Below are positions 28,440-38,238 of a DNA stretch of 64,000 bases, piece by piece. The position numbers were made by a program, and so were the translations under genes. Location of the stretch: NCBI GenBank assembly GCA_004298155.1, contig SCRD01000025.1, positions 21,022 through 85,021 of the forward strand. The letters are read 5' to 3'. This stretch comes from Acidobacteriota bacterium. GTDB taxonomy: Bacteria; Acidobacteriota; Terriglobia; UBA7540. Each line of letters begins with the position of its first letter. The first letter of the stretch is position 1. The notes under the pieces were generated by a model. That model searched no databases. It was not told the DNA's origin and was given only the letters and a program-made list of their open reading frames with translations.

Positions 28440-30016
28440 AGATCCTCACAGCCGCCCAGATGCAGGACGTTGACCGGGCCACAACGGAAATCTACGGTGT
28501 GCCCAGCCTGACACTGATGGAAAACGCCGGCCGCAGCGTAGTTATGTTCCTGCACAAGCGGTTTTCTCCGCTTGGATCGCAGGAGATTGTGATCCTTTGC
28601 GGCAAGGGAAACAACGGTGGCGACGGTATGGTGGTCGCTCGTGTGCTGCGCGAGTCGGGCCACGAGCCGCGCGTGCTGCTGCTGGCAGAACCAGAAACCC
28701 TGCGTGGCGATGCCGAAATCAATTACAGGCGGCTTGCCGAGGAAGGCTTACCTTTGACGGTTCCCGACCACGCTTCCTGGCAGGAGATTAAGGGGAAGCT
28801 GAGCAATGCGACCCTGGTGGTTGACGCGATCCTGGGCACTGGCATCTCGAAACCCCTGAGCGGGTTTCTTCTCGACGTGGTTAGAGACATTCCGATAGCC
28901 TTCCCAAGGGCCAAAGTTGTTGCCGTTGATTTGCCCACCGGACTCGCCGCCGACAGTGGCGGCCTGATAGGGGAGTGCGCGCGCGCCGATGCATCAGTAA
29001 CTTTTACGGCCCCTAAGATTGCACACATTTTTCCGCCCGCCTGCGAGAAAGTGGGTGATTGGGTTGTGAGGCCCATCGGCACTCCGCCCGAAGCGCTGGC
29101 GGCAAATCCGGATTTTTTCCTCAATCTCCTCGAGCCGCACGACCTGGAGTGGCTTGTCAAGCCGCGTAAACTCGAGGCGCACAAGGGCAATTTCGGCCAC
29201 GTGCTGGTCATTGGCGGGTCTGTCGGAAAAACGGGAGCTGCCGCGATGGCGGCGAAAGCCGCGCTACGCGCCGGTGCGGGGTTGGCCACAGTGGCTACAC
29301 CCAAAAGCGCTTTGCCGGTCATTGCATCGCTGAGCATGGAAATCATGACGGAGCCTTTGCCCGAGACAAGTGCCGGTACCATTGCCATGAGCGCCATCAA
29401 GGATGGCCCTCTAGACACTTTGGTGGAAGGAAAATCTGTGCTGGCGGTAGGCCCTGGCGCGGGACGAGACCCTGAAACGGCGGAACTGATCCGGGAGGTT
29501 GTTAACCGTTACGAACTTCCGGTTGTGCTGGATGCCGACGGATTGAATGCATTTGCCGGTTGCATTGCGACGCTCCTCACTGGGGATCGAGTTCGTGTCC
29601 TGACGCCCCACCCCGGAGAAATGGGGCGGCTTGCAGGCGAAAAGACCTCGGAGATAGTTGCCCATCGAGTGGACGTGGCCCGCAGGTTCGCTCAAAAAAA
29701 TGGCGTTCAGCTTGTCTTGAAGGGTTTCCGGACGCTCACCGCAGCGCCGGGCGGGCAGGTGTGGGTGAACCCGACTGGAAACCCCGGCATGGCGACGGGT
29801 GGTTCTGGCGATGTGCTCACGGGTATTACCGCGGCATTGCTGGCCCAGTATCCTGACCGTTCGCCGACGGAAGTAACTGCTGCTGCCGTTTATCTACACG
29901 GGTTGGCGGGTGACATTGCCGCACGCAAGCTTGGCGAGGCTTCCGTAATTGCAGGTGACATCCTTGAGTCATTGCCAAGGGCATTTCGGGAAATTCAAAG
30001 GCAATTGTATTGCTGA
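28436..30016 (+). CDS. nnr: Bifunctional NAD(P)H-hydrate repair enzyme (epimerase / ADP-dependent dehydratase)
   Basis: YjeF-N region (LMENAG, CGKGNNGGDG) and YjeF-C region (HKGNFGHVLVIGGS, GGSGDVLTG). Confidence 0.9.
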   Translation: MKILTAAQMQDVDRATTEIYGVPSLTLMENAGRSVVMFLHKRFSPLGSQEIVILCGKGNNGGDGMVVARVLRESGHEPRVLLLAEPETLRGDAEINYRRLAEEGLPLTVPDHASWQEIKGKLSNATLVVDAILGTGISKPLSGFLLDVVRDIPIAFPRAKVVAVDLPTGLAADSGGLIGECARADASVTFTAPKIAHIFPPACEKVGDWVVRPIGTPPEALAANPDFFLNLLEPHDLEWLVKPRKLEAHKGNFGHVLVIGGSVGKTGAAAMAAKAALRAGAGLATVATPKSALPVIASLSMEIMTEPLPETSAGTIAMSAIKDGPLDTLVEGKSVLAVGPGAGRDPETAELIREVVNRYELPVVLDADGLNAFAGCIATLLTGDRVRVLTPHPGEMGRLAGEKTSEIVAHRVDVARRFAQKNGVQLVLKGFRTLTAAPGGQVWVNPTGNPGMATGGSGDVLTGITAALLAQYPDRSPTEVTAAAVYLHGLAGDIAARKLGEASVIAGDILESLPRAFREIQRQLYC

Positions 30017-30023
30017 TTTGCTT

Positions 30024-30506
30024 ATGGGAGCTATGCGACGGGCGCCTGGGGAGAATGCTCCGGGCGTTCGTAAAGATCCGCTGGAATTTGTAACCCACTC
30101 GCCAGAAGAGACGGTGGAACTGGGCGCTAAGCTGGCCTGGCAATTGCCGTATCCCTGCCTGCTCATTTTGGAGGGCGAACTCGGAAGCGGTAAGACCACG
30201 CTCGTCAAGGGAATTGTCTCCGGGTTGGGCGTTGCGCGCCAGGAGGATGTGACAAGCCCTTCCTTCACACTGGTTCACGAGTATGGAACGGACCGCAAAG
30301 TTTATCATGCAGACCTTTACCGTGTGGAAGGCGTAAGGGAACAGTCAACGCTAGGCCTCGAGGATTTGCTGGAGCAAGAAGCCATGGTCATCGTAGAATG
30401 GGGAGAAAAGCTGATCGACCAGAATATCGAGGCGCAAGTCAGAATCCGCATGGAGCTGCTGGAAGGTGAATATCGCCGTGTCACAATCGAAGGACTTGGA
30501 AAGTAG
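30024..30506 (+). CDS. tsaE: tRNA t6A biosynthesis ATPase TsaE
   Basis: LEGELGSGKTTLVKG Walker A, SPSFTLVHEY, HADLYR and VEWGEK. Confidence 0.85.
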   Translation: MGAMRRAPGENAPGVRKDPLEFVTHSPEETVELGAKLAWQLPYPCLLILEGELGSGKTTLVKGIVSGLGVARQEDVTSPSFTLVHEYGTDRKVYHADLYRVEGVREQSTLGLEDLLEQEAMVIVEWGEKLIDQNIEAQVRIRMELLEGEYRRVTIEGLGK

Positions 30507-31152
30507 AATAGGCTTCCAGAAAGCGGCCGGGCTGGCGTTGCTGGCCGCTCTGTTGTGTACGGCGTGCGCGTCCTCGCCCGCAACCCGTTATTACACGCTG
30601 ATCACGCCGCAGCCGCCCGCTGCCGTGGCGTCCGGAACGCATTTTACGTTGCAGGTCGAGCGCTTTGACGCTCCGGACCTGTTACTCGACAACCGTATGA
30701 TCTATTACACCTCACCCACCGAGCTGAACTTCCACGAGTATCACCGGTGGTCGTCAGACCCGGGTGAACTGCTGAGCGACCTGGCAATGAAATTTTTTGC
30801 CAGGACGGGTTTATTCCAGGAGGTCTATGCGTTTCCCGCGCCCGTCAAGGTGGATTACACGTTACGCGGACGAGTGCTGGACCTTAGCGAATTACAATAC
30901 GAAACAGCCGAGGGGAAATCGGGAGAAGTCCGGCTGGGTTTGAAACTGGATCTGCTGCAAACGCGGCAAAACCAGGCTGTGTGGTCTTCTCGTCTGGAGC
31001 AGACGGAACCGGTTCACAAACGCAATGTGCAAGGCGCGGTTGAAGCAATGAACATCGCGGCCGAACGCCTTCTGCAGAATGCATATGGAGGCATTTCTCA
31101 GGTCGTAGAGCGGGAAGATGTGCAAAAACAACAACACGAGCAAACTCATTGA
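30466..31152 (+). CDS. PqiC / YmbA-like ABC-transport auxiliary lipoprotein (DUF330-like)
   Basis: Signal sequence with Cys (LLAALLCTACASS) followed by the RYYTL motif. Size is about 200 aa. The start is uncertain (GTG 30466 or 30478, or TTG 30496). The family call is from memory. Confidence 0.55.
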   Translation: MNIAVSQSKDLESRIGFQKAAGLALLAALLCTACASSPATRYYTLITPQPPAAVASGTHFTLQVERFDAPDLLLDNRMIYYTSPTELNFHEYHRWSSDPGELLSDLAMKFFARTGLFQEVYAFPAPVKVDYTLRGRVLDLSELQYETAEGKSGEVRLGLKLDLLQTRQNQAVWSSRLEQTEPVHKRNVQGAVEAMNIAAERLLQNAYGGISQVVEREDVQKQQHEQTH

Positions 31153-31170
31153 GTGGAGGGAACGCAGAAG

Positions 31171-31980
31171 ATGGCAACGAATGGTGACCCCGTGCGTTGG
31201 GCGCTGATCATTGGATCCTCGAGTGGCTTCGGAGAGGCACTGAGCCTTGAACTGGCCCGATCGGGTCTGGACGTTTTTGGAGTTCATTTTGACCGTCGCT
31301 CAGCACAGGAGCGCATCAATGGGATTATCGAAAAGATCAAGTCCGCGGGTCGAGAGGCCGTGTTCTTCAACTTGAACGCCGCCGACGCTGATAAACGGGC
31401 TGATGCTCTGGACAAAATGCAGGAACACTGGGTGCAACGGGGTGGAGATCATTGCGTGAAGGTTTTTGTGCACTCCGTGGCTTTCGGCTCGCTGTTGCCC
31501 TATGTCACCGAAGATTCCAATGACCAGTTGACGCAGGCGCAAATGGAAATGACCGTGGATGTTATGGGAAACAATCTTGTTTACTGGGTCCAGGAGATTG
31601 TGCGGCGAAAAATGATGCGCTCCGGCGGCCGCATTTACGGATTGACCAGCGCCGGCGGCCATAGCGTTATCCCGAATTACGGGGCCGTATCGGCAGCCAA
31701 GGCAGTGATGGAATCGCACCTCCGCCAGCTTGCCTTTGAACTGATGCCCCGAGGGATTACCGCAAATGCCATTCAGGCAGGCGTTACAGTAACGCCGGGC
31801 TCGAGCAAGATTCCTGGCATCGAAAAACTTGCCGATTTCGCCCGGCTCCGGAACCCTGCGGGCCGCTTAACCACTCCTGAGGATATTGCCCTCGCGGTGG
31901 CAGCTCTGATGGATGATCGTACACAATGGATGACTGGCAACGTCATTCGGGTAGACGGCGGCGAGGACATTGTGACGTAA
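31171..31980 (+). CDS. SDR oxidoreductase, FabL-like (candidate enoyl-ACP reductase)
   Basis: ALIIGSSSGFGEA, NYGAVSAAK (YxxxK), and NPAGRLTTPEDIA..GNVIRVDGG. The C-terminal half is colinear with B. subtilis FabL as recalled. Confidence 0.7.
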   Translation: MATNGDPVRWALIIGSSSGFGEALSLELARSGLDVFGVHFDRRSAQERINGIIEKIKSAGREAVFFNLNAADADKRADALDKMQEHWVQRGGDHCVKVFVHSVAFGSLLPYVTEDSNDQLTQAQMEMTVDVMGNNLVYWVQEIVRRKMMRSGGRIYGLTSAGGHSVIPNYGAVSAAKAVMESHLRQLAFELMPRGITANAIQAGVTVTPGSSKIPGIEKLADFARLRNPAGRLTTPEDIALAVAALMDDRTQWMTGNVIRVDGGEDIVT

Positions 31981-32039
31981 AGGCGCAGGGCCGCTGGGGG
32001 AGCGCCTGTTTCAATCACCCGTGTACCGCCTGCTGAGGT

Positions 32040-32378
32040 TCAATCCAGTTTGTGAATTTCGTTCAGCACCCCAGAAATCGTCGCCCGGATTCTGTAGCTG
32101 GCGGCCTGGTGCAACCAACGGCTGGTGTCCGTTTTATCAATCAACCCAAGCGTGGGAATATTGTTGGAGGTCTCGCTCCGGTTCTTGATGACAGGCGAAC
32201 GAGTTCCGTACGGATCCATTTCGTCTTCATGAGAATCGCACAACATTGTGAAAAGAGCTTTCCGTTTGGCTCGCGTTTCGCCGGCCTTGTCGACACGGTC
32301 AAAGCTGATGGCCAGGGCCTGAACATCCAGCACCTGAACTTCCTGGTGACCCCTAACGGGCTTGCTGAGCTCGGCCAT
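32040..32378 (-). CDS. Hypothetical protein (no recognisable family)
   Basis: 112-aa ORF with balanced composition, convergent with the SDR gene and divergent from ispH. The opposite-strand ORF at 32052-32465 looks less protein-like. Confidence 0.4.
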   Translation of the reverse strand: MAELSKPVRGHQEVQVLDVQALAISFDRVDKAGETRAKRKALFTMLCDSHEDEMDPYGTRSPVIKNRSETSNNIPTLGLIDKTDTSRWLHQAASYRIRATISGVLNEIHKLD

Positions 32379-32617
32379 AGAGTACGGTCACTAGTATCCC
32401 CTCCAATAATCAATCAGGACATTTATCAGTACAGGAATTGTATTTCGAGCCCTTTGCATCTGTAATGGTTTATGGCAGCAAATTTCGAGGATCGTCTGAA
32501 ACGGATTTATACCAAGCAAGGCGTTGAGCTATTCTCCCACTGTCGGCGGATCTGTTTTGACGCTCTTAGATGGATTTGTTAGCATGAACAATTAAGACTT
32601 TCTCCGACGTTTGGGTC

Positions 32618-33604
32618 ATGTCAAGAAATCGAACTCTACCACGAAAGGTCATCCTGGCCAAGCCCAGGGGATTTTGTGCTGGGGTTGGTCGGGCTATTGA
32701 TGTGGTCAGCCTCGCGCTCGAGCTCTACCAGCCGCCCGTTTATGTCAGAAAGCAGATTGTTCACAATCGTTACGTCATTGAGGGATTGTCGCGGAAGGGT
32801 GCCATTTTTGTGGATGAGATTGACGATGTGCCTGAAGGCGCGCTGGTAATTATTAGCGCGCATGGCGCCTCCCCTGACGTTTTCCTGGCAGCTCGGCAAA
32901 AGCACTTGAACGTTATCGATGCCACGTGTCCGCTGGTGACGAAGGTCCACGCGGAGGTCAGGCGATTTGCCGGAGAAGGCCAATCAATTATTCTAATCGG
33001 CCATGAAGGGCATGACGAAGTGATTGGCACGATGGGCGAACTGCCTGGGCGGATCCAACTGGTGAGCACAGTGGAACAGGCGGAGCAGGTGCAGGTTCCA
33101 GACTGTGTCAAGGTCGCTGTTACCACACAAACAACACTGAGCGTGGATGATGCCAGGGCCATCTTGGACGTTTTGAGAAGACGTTTCCCACGGTTGGTGA
33201 CTCCTGCGAGTGACGATATTTGTTACGCAACGCAAAATCGGCAAGCGGCTGTGAAACAGATTGCGCAGCAGGCGGACCTGGTCCTTGTGGTGGGTTCAGA
33301 CAACAGTTCAAATTCCGAACGCCTCCGCGAAGTGGCAGAGGCATCCGGCGCCCGCGCCTATTTGATTGATAACGCCTCTGAGATTCAGACTGAATGGCTA
33401 GTTGGCGTGGACGTTGTAGGGATAACTGCCGGAGCATCCGCGCCCGAGAAATTGGTCCAGGACGTTGTAGATTGCTTCCGGGAAATGGGCGTAGAAACAA
33501 TTGAAGAGTTTGAAGCGACGAGGGAGAATGTTGCATTTGCTTTGCCGACCATACGGTTCCAGGAGTTTGAAAGAAATGTCGGCGGCCCCACGTCTCACCC
33601 TTAG
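32618..33604 (+). CDS. ispH: 4-hydroxy-3-methylbut-2-enyl diphosphate reductase
   Basis: AKPRGFCAGVGRAI, ATCPLVTKVH, and TTQTTLS close to ICYATQNRQ. These carry the three Fe-S Cys. Confidence 0.95.
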   Translation: MSRNRTLPRKVILAKPRGFCAGVGRAIDVVSLALELYQPPVYVRKQIVHNRYVIEGLSRKGAIFVDEIDDVPEGALVIISAHGASPDVFLAARQKHLNVIDATCPLVTKVHAEVRRFAGEGQSIILIGHEGHDEVIGTMGELPGRIQLVSTVEQAEQVQVPDCVKVAVTTQTTLSVDDARAILDVLRRRFPRLVTPASDDICYATQNRQAAVKQIAQQADLVLVVGSDNSSNSERLREVAEASGARAYLIDNASEIQTEWLVGVDVVGITAGASAPEKLVQDVVDCFREMGVETIEEFEATRENVAFALPTIRFQEFERNVGGPTSHP

Positions 33605-33678
33605 GAAAAACCTCACCCAAAGCCACATCGTGCTCTAAAGGCTTCAGCTGATCACAGGCATGAGGTTGGGCACAACGC

Positions 33679-34386
33679 TCAGACGGTCTTGTCCGGCGCG
33701 TCGCAAATTGATGCGAGCGGACAATCCATGCACAGTGGCTTCCGTGCCTGGCAGATCTTCCGGCCGAACCAGATCACCTGGTGCCCGAAAGTGATCCAGC
33801 GGTCCATGGGGACAAGTTTGATCAGGTCCCGCTCCACATTTTCGGGTGTTTTCCCATTCGACAACTTCAGCCGGTGTGCAATTCGGAAGACGTGCGTATC
33901 CACTACAACCCCGGTGGGAATTCCAAACGCAGTCCCAAGCACCACATTTGCAGTTTTTCTGGCGACGCCAGGCAGGGTGAGCATTTCGTCCATGCTTTGG
34001 GGCACTTTGCCGTTGAACTCTTCGACAATTTTCTTCGCGGCGCCAATAATGTTCCTTGCTTTGTTGCGGAAAAACCCTGTGGAACGGATGTCTTCTTCAA
34101 GGACTTTCTGGTCCAGCCGGGCGAAGTCGCTGGGGCCGGGATATTTGGCAAATAGGGCTGGCGTCACCTTGTTAACTCGTTCATCAGTGCATTGCGCCGA
34201 GAGGATGGTGGCGACAAGGAGCTGAAAGGCGTTGTCGTGCTTCAGGGCGCACTCGGCGTTTGGAAACAGCCGGTCAAGCTCGTCAAAAATTGTTCTTAAC
34301 CGTTGGGGAGATGTATAGCCCGTCTTCTTCCCAACTAAGCGTTTCTTACCGGCTGGCTTTGCTTTCCTGGTGGCGGCAGATTTCAT
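33679..34386 (-). CDS. nth: Endonuclease III
   Basis: LVATILSAQCTDERVN, a helix-hairpin-helix LPGVARKTANVVL, and a C-terminal 4Fe-4S cluster CxxxxxxCxxCxxxxxC. Confidence 0.9.
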   Translation of the reverse strand: MKSAATRKAKPAGKKRLVGKKTGYTSPQRLRTIFDELDRLFPNAECALKHDNAFQLLVATILSAQCTDERVNKVTPALFAKYPGPSDFARLDQKVLEEDIRSTGFFRNKARNIIGAAKKIVEEFNGKVPQSMDEMLTLPGVARKTANVVLGTAFGIPTGVVVDTHVFRIAHRLKLSNGKTPENVERDLIKLVPMDRWITFGHQVIWFGRKICQARKPLCMDCPLASICDAPDKTV

Positions 34387-34440
34387 GGAACACTCCCGGC
34401 AACGGGCAAACAATGTGGAGAAAGATTGTACGAAGCGGTT

Positions 34441-35316
34441 CTATTTCAATCCAGCGTTTTCAGCCGAAATCTTTGAAAAAGACGACCAGTCAAGATCCTC
34501 ACCATTGCGTGCAATCGCGGCGAGAATGTGGTCACGAACGAGACTCGCTACGGGCATCGGCGCCCGTGCATCTGTAGCAGCAGCCAGTACAAGGCTGACA
34601 TCTTTCAGGCCCAGAGGAAGTTTGAATCCTGCCGGAAGGAATTGCTCTTTGGCGATGAGGCTACCGTAAGTTTTATATACCGGCGCTGAGAACAGCGTGC
34701 TTGTCATGACCTCGAGAAACCGTTCGGGCTCGACTTCCGACTTGCGGAGCAGGGCATAGGCTTCACCCAGAGACTCAATCACGCATACGATGAGAAAATT
34801 CCCAGCCAGCTTCACCGTGTTGGCTTTGGACGGTTCTTCTCCTACAACGAACGTGCGCTGCCCCATGGCGTCAAACAGAGGCCGGCATTTCTCAACCGCC
34901 CTGGCAGGTCCTGCAGCCACGACAAACAGCTTTGCAGCCTCAGCAGCTTCAGGACGCCCGAAGACCGGAGCGGAAATAAATTGACTTCCGCCTTCAGCAT
35001 GCGCCTGGGTAAGCTCCTGAGCGAGCGCCACGCTGATGGTGCTCATCGAAACGTGAATAGCGCCTGGGGCAAGTCTGGGAATGAGCTGGCCGTCAAGGAC
35101 AACTGCACGCAACGCCCGATCGTCAGCCAGCATGGTGATTAGAACATCGCTGCCGCAGGCATCGCCAGGCTGGTCTGCAACGGCTGCGCCGTCAGCGCGC
35201 AGGCTTTCCGCACGCTCGCGAGTACGGTTGTAAACCGTCACCTCGTGGTCCGCCTTCAAAAGATGGCGGGCCATCGGAAGTCCCATGTTGCCCAGGCCGA
35301 TGAATCCTATCTCCAT
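34441..35316 (-). CDS. NAD(P)-dependent 3-hydroxyisobutyrate / 6-phosphogluconate dehydrogenase-like oxidoreductase
   Basis: IGFIGLGNMGLPMARHL Rossmann motif, and a KLAGN and LGLKD type C-domain. Confidence 0.85.
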   Translation of the reverse strand: MEIGFIGLGNMGLPMARHLLKADHEVTVYNRTRERAESLRADGAAVADQPGDACGSDVLITMLADDRALRAVVLDGQLIPRLAPGAIHVSMSTISVALAQELTQAHAEGGSQFISAPVFGRPEAAEAAKLFVVAAGPARAVEKCRPLFDAMGQRTFVVGEEPSKANTVKLAGNFLIVCVIESLGEAYALLRKSEVEPERFLEVMTSTLFSAPVYKTYGSLIAKEQFLPAGFKLPLGLKDVSLVLAAATDARAPMPVASLVRDHILAAIARNGEDLDWSSFSKISAENAGLK

Positions 35317-35348
35317 GCTTCTCTCTCAGTTTCTTCCGAATTTCCGGA

Positions 35349-36074
35349 TCAACCGCCGAGCAGGTCCAGCATCTCCGGCAGGTCACGATGCACACACGTG
35401 AAAACAGGAGTGTCGCGCAGGGTATAGTTGCTGGTCTCGGCGTGGCGCAATTCCATCACCAGATCCAGGAAATGTTCTGGCTTATCACTTTCAAATGCCA
35501 CTACGAACTCCTGGTCGTCGAGACCGAACGAATATGTGGTGTTCAGCCGGACTGTAGGGAAGCGATGGCCGAGCTCAATGTGTTCATTCATCATTCCCTG
35601 GCGCGCCTGTTGGGTCAGCCGATACCAGGCCCTGGTTTTTATGAAAGGATAGACAAATAAATATCGAAATTTGCCGGGAGTAAGTTTGAGGCGAGCTCCT
35701 TCCTGGTCATCGTGAACATGATCACGGACGTAGGTGGAACGCTTCGTCATGGCGAGATACGAATACGGCGTGTTCAGATACTTGCCCAGGTCAGTCGCCA
35801 GCATGCGAGCTGTCATATCCTGAAAATCCATCAAATTGTAGCTGATTCGCCACAACATGAAATCACAATCGCCGCGAATCCCCACAAGCGAGTATGGAAT
35901 AATCAGCATATCCGATTCATAACTCCGGGCAACGTCAATGAACTGGCACTTGCCGCGTTTTCGATCCTCCTCTGGAAGCCTCCGCCAGGCGGGATCTACT
36001 TTATAGAATGCAAAATTTACGTATTGGCGGCGATTATCTTCGCGTTTTGTCTCCGCTGGTTTTGCATCAGCCAA
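35349..36074 (-). CDS. Chlorite dismutase-family protein, likely coproheme decarboxylase HemQ/ChdC
   Basis: YVNFAFYKVDPAWRRL start, about 240 aa, and ferredoxin-like repeats. GGAGGAGGAG lies upstream. The family call is from memory. Confidence 0.75.
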   Translation of the reverse strand: MADAKPAETKREDNRRQYVNFAFYKVDPAWRRLPEEDRKRGKCQFIDVARSYESDMLIIPYSLVGIRGDCDFMLWRISYNLMDFQDMTARMLATDLGKYLNTPYSYLAMTKRSTYVRDHVHDDQEGARLKLTPGKFRYLFVYPFIKTRAWYRLTQQARQGMMNEHIELGHRFPTVRLNTTYSFGLDDQEFVVAFESDKPEHFLDLVMELRHAETSNYTLRDTPVFTCVHRDLPEMLDLLGG

Positions 36075-36297
36075 GGTTTAAACTCCTCCTCCAGGAAATC
36101 CAGAGCCAGCGTCTGGAAAACTGGCCAGTCATGCAGATGATTGCCCCAAATCACAGTGTTACAGGGAACCTTTCAATATAGCACGGATCACCTCGACCAA
36201 AGGACATGGTGGGAATGCGCGCGGGCAGGTTCAGATTGCGAGACGGCTGAGCATGGAGAGGTGGAGGTCAAGCCCGATCGTTCAGGCCTTATAAGCA

Positions 36298-36346
36298 TCG
36301 AGCGGATGGGCGGCAATCCGTGTCTTGGCCGTTACCATCCGCTCGA
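36298..36346 (-). terminator. Long hairpin downstream of the OmpA-family gene
   Basis: Perfect 12-bp inverted repeat TCGAGCGGATGG (36298-36309) / CCATCCGCTCGA (36335-36346), with further pairing inside the loop. It lies about 40 nt past the stop on the minus strand. The T-tail is weak. Confidence 0.35.
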
Positions 36347-36385
36347 CATGGGGGGACCCGACGCTGAAAGGTTGGGACCGTCCTG

Positions 36386-37150
36386 CTATGGGTTCGTGGT
36401 CGCAGAAGCCTGGCTTTCAGCCGCTGGTTGTTGGGCGCTGACAGGCATCTGGGGAACCATGACCGTCAAGTCAACCCGCCTGTTGAGTTCGCGTCCCTTG
36501 CGGGTTGAGTTGGGCGCTGCGGGATCTGACTCACCGTACCCCATACTGTAAATTCGAACCAGGGGTACTTTCCCGTTCGTGGTCAGGTAACGAATCACAG
36601 TGTCGGCCCTCTTCTGGCTGAGCTGCAGGTTATATTCTTTGGGACCTGTGTGATCCGTGTATCCCTGAATCTGAATGACGTAGTGCTTCAGAGTGCTGAC
36701 GGCCTGTGCGAGTTGATCCAGGCGTTCCGTATCATCTTTAGTCAACGTGGCCTTATTCAGACCAAACAGAATAGTGGCACGCTGGTCTGCATGGTAATTG
36801 TCGAAATTGTTGACCATTTCCTGCGCTTTGTTGGCCTCTGATACGCCCTGGTCTGCCACCTGGCGAGCCTGCTGGGCGCGCTGATCAGCCTGCCCTGCCG
36901 CCTGATTAGCTTTTTCAGCACTGTTTCGAGCGTCAGATATTCCGGCTTCTGTCTTATCGTCGAGATTCCGGATATCCTGGGCATTCTGTGAAGTCTTCTG
37001 GTCGACTTTCTGGTCTACCTTGGTGATCTTTGAGTCCAGCGGGGTTGTGGTGTTTCGAACGTATTTCCTCGTGGCGATGCAGCCCGTACTCAATAGCAAC
37101 ATCGGACCCAGTGCCACGCCCATGATTCTAACGAATCTATTTGCTTTCAT
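36386..37150 (-). CDS. OmpA-family peptidoglycan-binding lipoprotein with coiled-coil spacer
   Basis: Lipobox LLLSTGC, a Q/A/D-rich coiled coil, and a C-terminal OmpA-like domain (IQGYTDHTGPKEYNLQLSQKRADTV..GYGES..NRRV). Confidence 0.85.
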   Translation of the reverse strand: MKANRFVRIMGVALGPMLLLSTGCIATRKYVRNTTTPLDSKITKVDQKVDQKTSQNAQDIRNLDDKTEAGISDARNSAEKANQAAGQADQRAQQARQVADQGVSEANKAQEMVNNFDNYHADQRATILFGLNKATLTKDDTERLDQLAQAVSTLKHYVIQIQGYTDHTGPKEYNLQLSQKRADTVIRYLTTNGKVPLVRIYSMGYGESDPAAPNSTRKGRELNRRVDLTVMVPQMPVSAQQPAAESQASATTNP

Positions 37151-37551
37151 TATTTTATCTCCCCGGCAGTTCTAAGTTACTACGCTATGCCATACAGCAT
37201 TCTGACTGCCAAATCTGCCGGAGGCAGTAAGTGCTTTGAAATGAATCAATCAGTTTGACTGCATATTCGAAGTATGCTGTAACAAGTAAAAGATCTTGTA
37301 AAATTTATCTGGTAACCGGGCCTCTGGTTTCTCAAAGAGGTTTTCACGTAACTCGAAAAGCAGAATGGGGATGCTGACGGTTCGGAACCCTTTAAAGCTC
37401 CGGCCAGACCAGCCTTGGCAGTTGCGCTGGCAGCTGCTTTTCCACAAACCACGGAAATAGGTATTGATAACCAATCATCTGGCCATAGAGATTCCGTGTG
37501 GCTAGAGCTGCTTCAGCCTGTGATCAAAGTTGCCCTGGTCTCGCCAACTAA

Positions 37552-38154
37552 TCAAGCGCCACAACCTTGCGCCTGAAGGTAGTCGAGCAGCTTTCGGAAA
37601 GCCTGTCCGCGATGCGAAACCTCGAATTTCTCCTCCATGCCGAGTTCGGCGAAAGTTCTGTGCAAAGGGGGGTAATAGAAGTAAGGATCGTAACCAAAAC
37701 CTCCAGTTCCTTTGGGCTCATTCCTGATCAGCCCTTCAGCTCTACCTTCAACTACTGTCAATATCTTTCCGTGCCGGGCCAATGCGATCACGCAAGCGTA
37801 GTGCGCCGTACGATTTGATGGTGGGATGCCTGCCAGCTCGCGAAGAAGCTTTTGGTTGTTTGCTTCGTCATCCGCTTCGGGTCCTGCATAGCGGGCAGAG
37901 AAAATTCCGGGGCCTGACCCTAGAGCATCCACCGAGATGCCGGAATCGTCGGCAAAAACCATGCCGTCCGTCCACTGGCTGTAACAGCGCGCCTTCTTGC
38001 AGGCGTTTTCTTCAAAGGTACTTCCATCCTCGATGCAAACGGGCAGGCCCTCGATGCCGGGAAGAAGTTCGACTTCAAACCCGCGGGCTTCGGCTGCATG
38101 CCTGAATTCCCGCAATTTTCCTGGATTGGTTGAGGCAAGATAAACGGTCAGCAT
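37552..38154 (-). CDS. rdgB: Non-canonical purine NTP pyrophosphatase (dITP/XTP)
   Basis: ASTNPGKLREF, DDSGISVDAL, GPGIFSARY, and GTGGFGYDP with FAELGMEEK..SHRG. Confidence 0.9.
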   Translation of the reverse strand: MLTVYLASTNPGKLREFRHAAEARGFEVELLPGIEGLPVCIEDGSTFEENACKKARCYSQWTDGMVFADDSGISVDALGSGPGIFSARYAGPEADDEANNQKLLRELAGIPPSNRTAHYACVIALARHGKILTVVEGRAEGLIRNEPKGTGGFGYDPYFYYPPLHRTFAELGMEEKFEVSHRGQAFRKLLDYLQAQGCGA

Positions 38155-38238
38155 TACGGAACTGGAGCGTGAACAGGCCCTGAGATCAGGCCCGTCTCAC
38201 ATGATGATATCTCCAGCCTGCGCACTCCTGTTGAAAAT

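Noticed and set aside
35349-36074. HemQ/ChdC gene as an unusual finding.
   Set aside because: The coproporphyrin-dependent haem pathway is already established for Acidobacteria, so the gene is expected. It is listed only as a feature.
36141-36551. ORF 36141-36551(+) in the hemQ-ompA spacer.
   Set aside because: It overlaps the 3' end of the OmpA-family gene in antisense and contains the terminator hairpin. There is no family signal.
37415-37437. Sigma-54-like TGGCA repeats (TTGGCAGTTGCGCTGGCAGCTGC).
   Set aside because: The spacing does not fit TGGCAC-N5-TTGC. The orientation also points away from any downstream gene on that strand.
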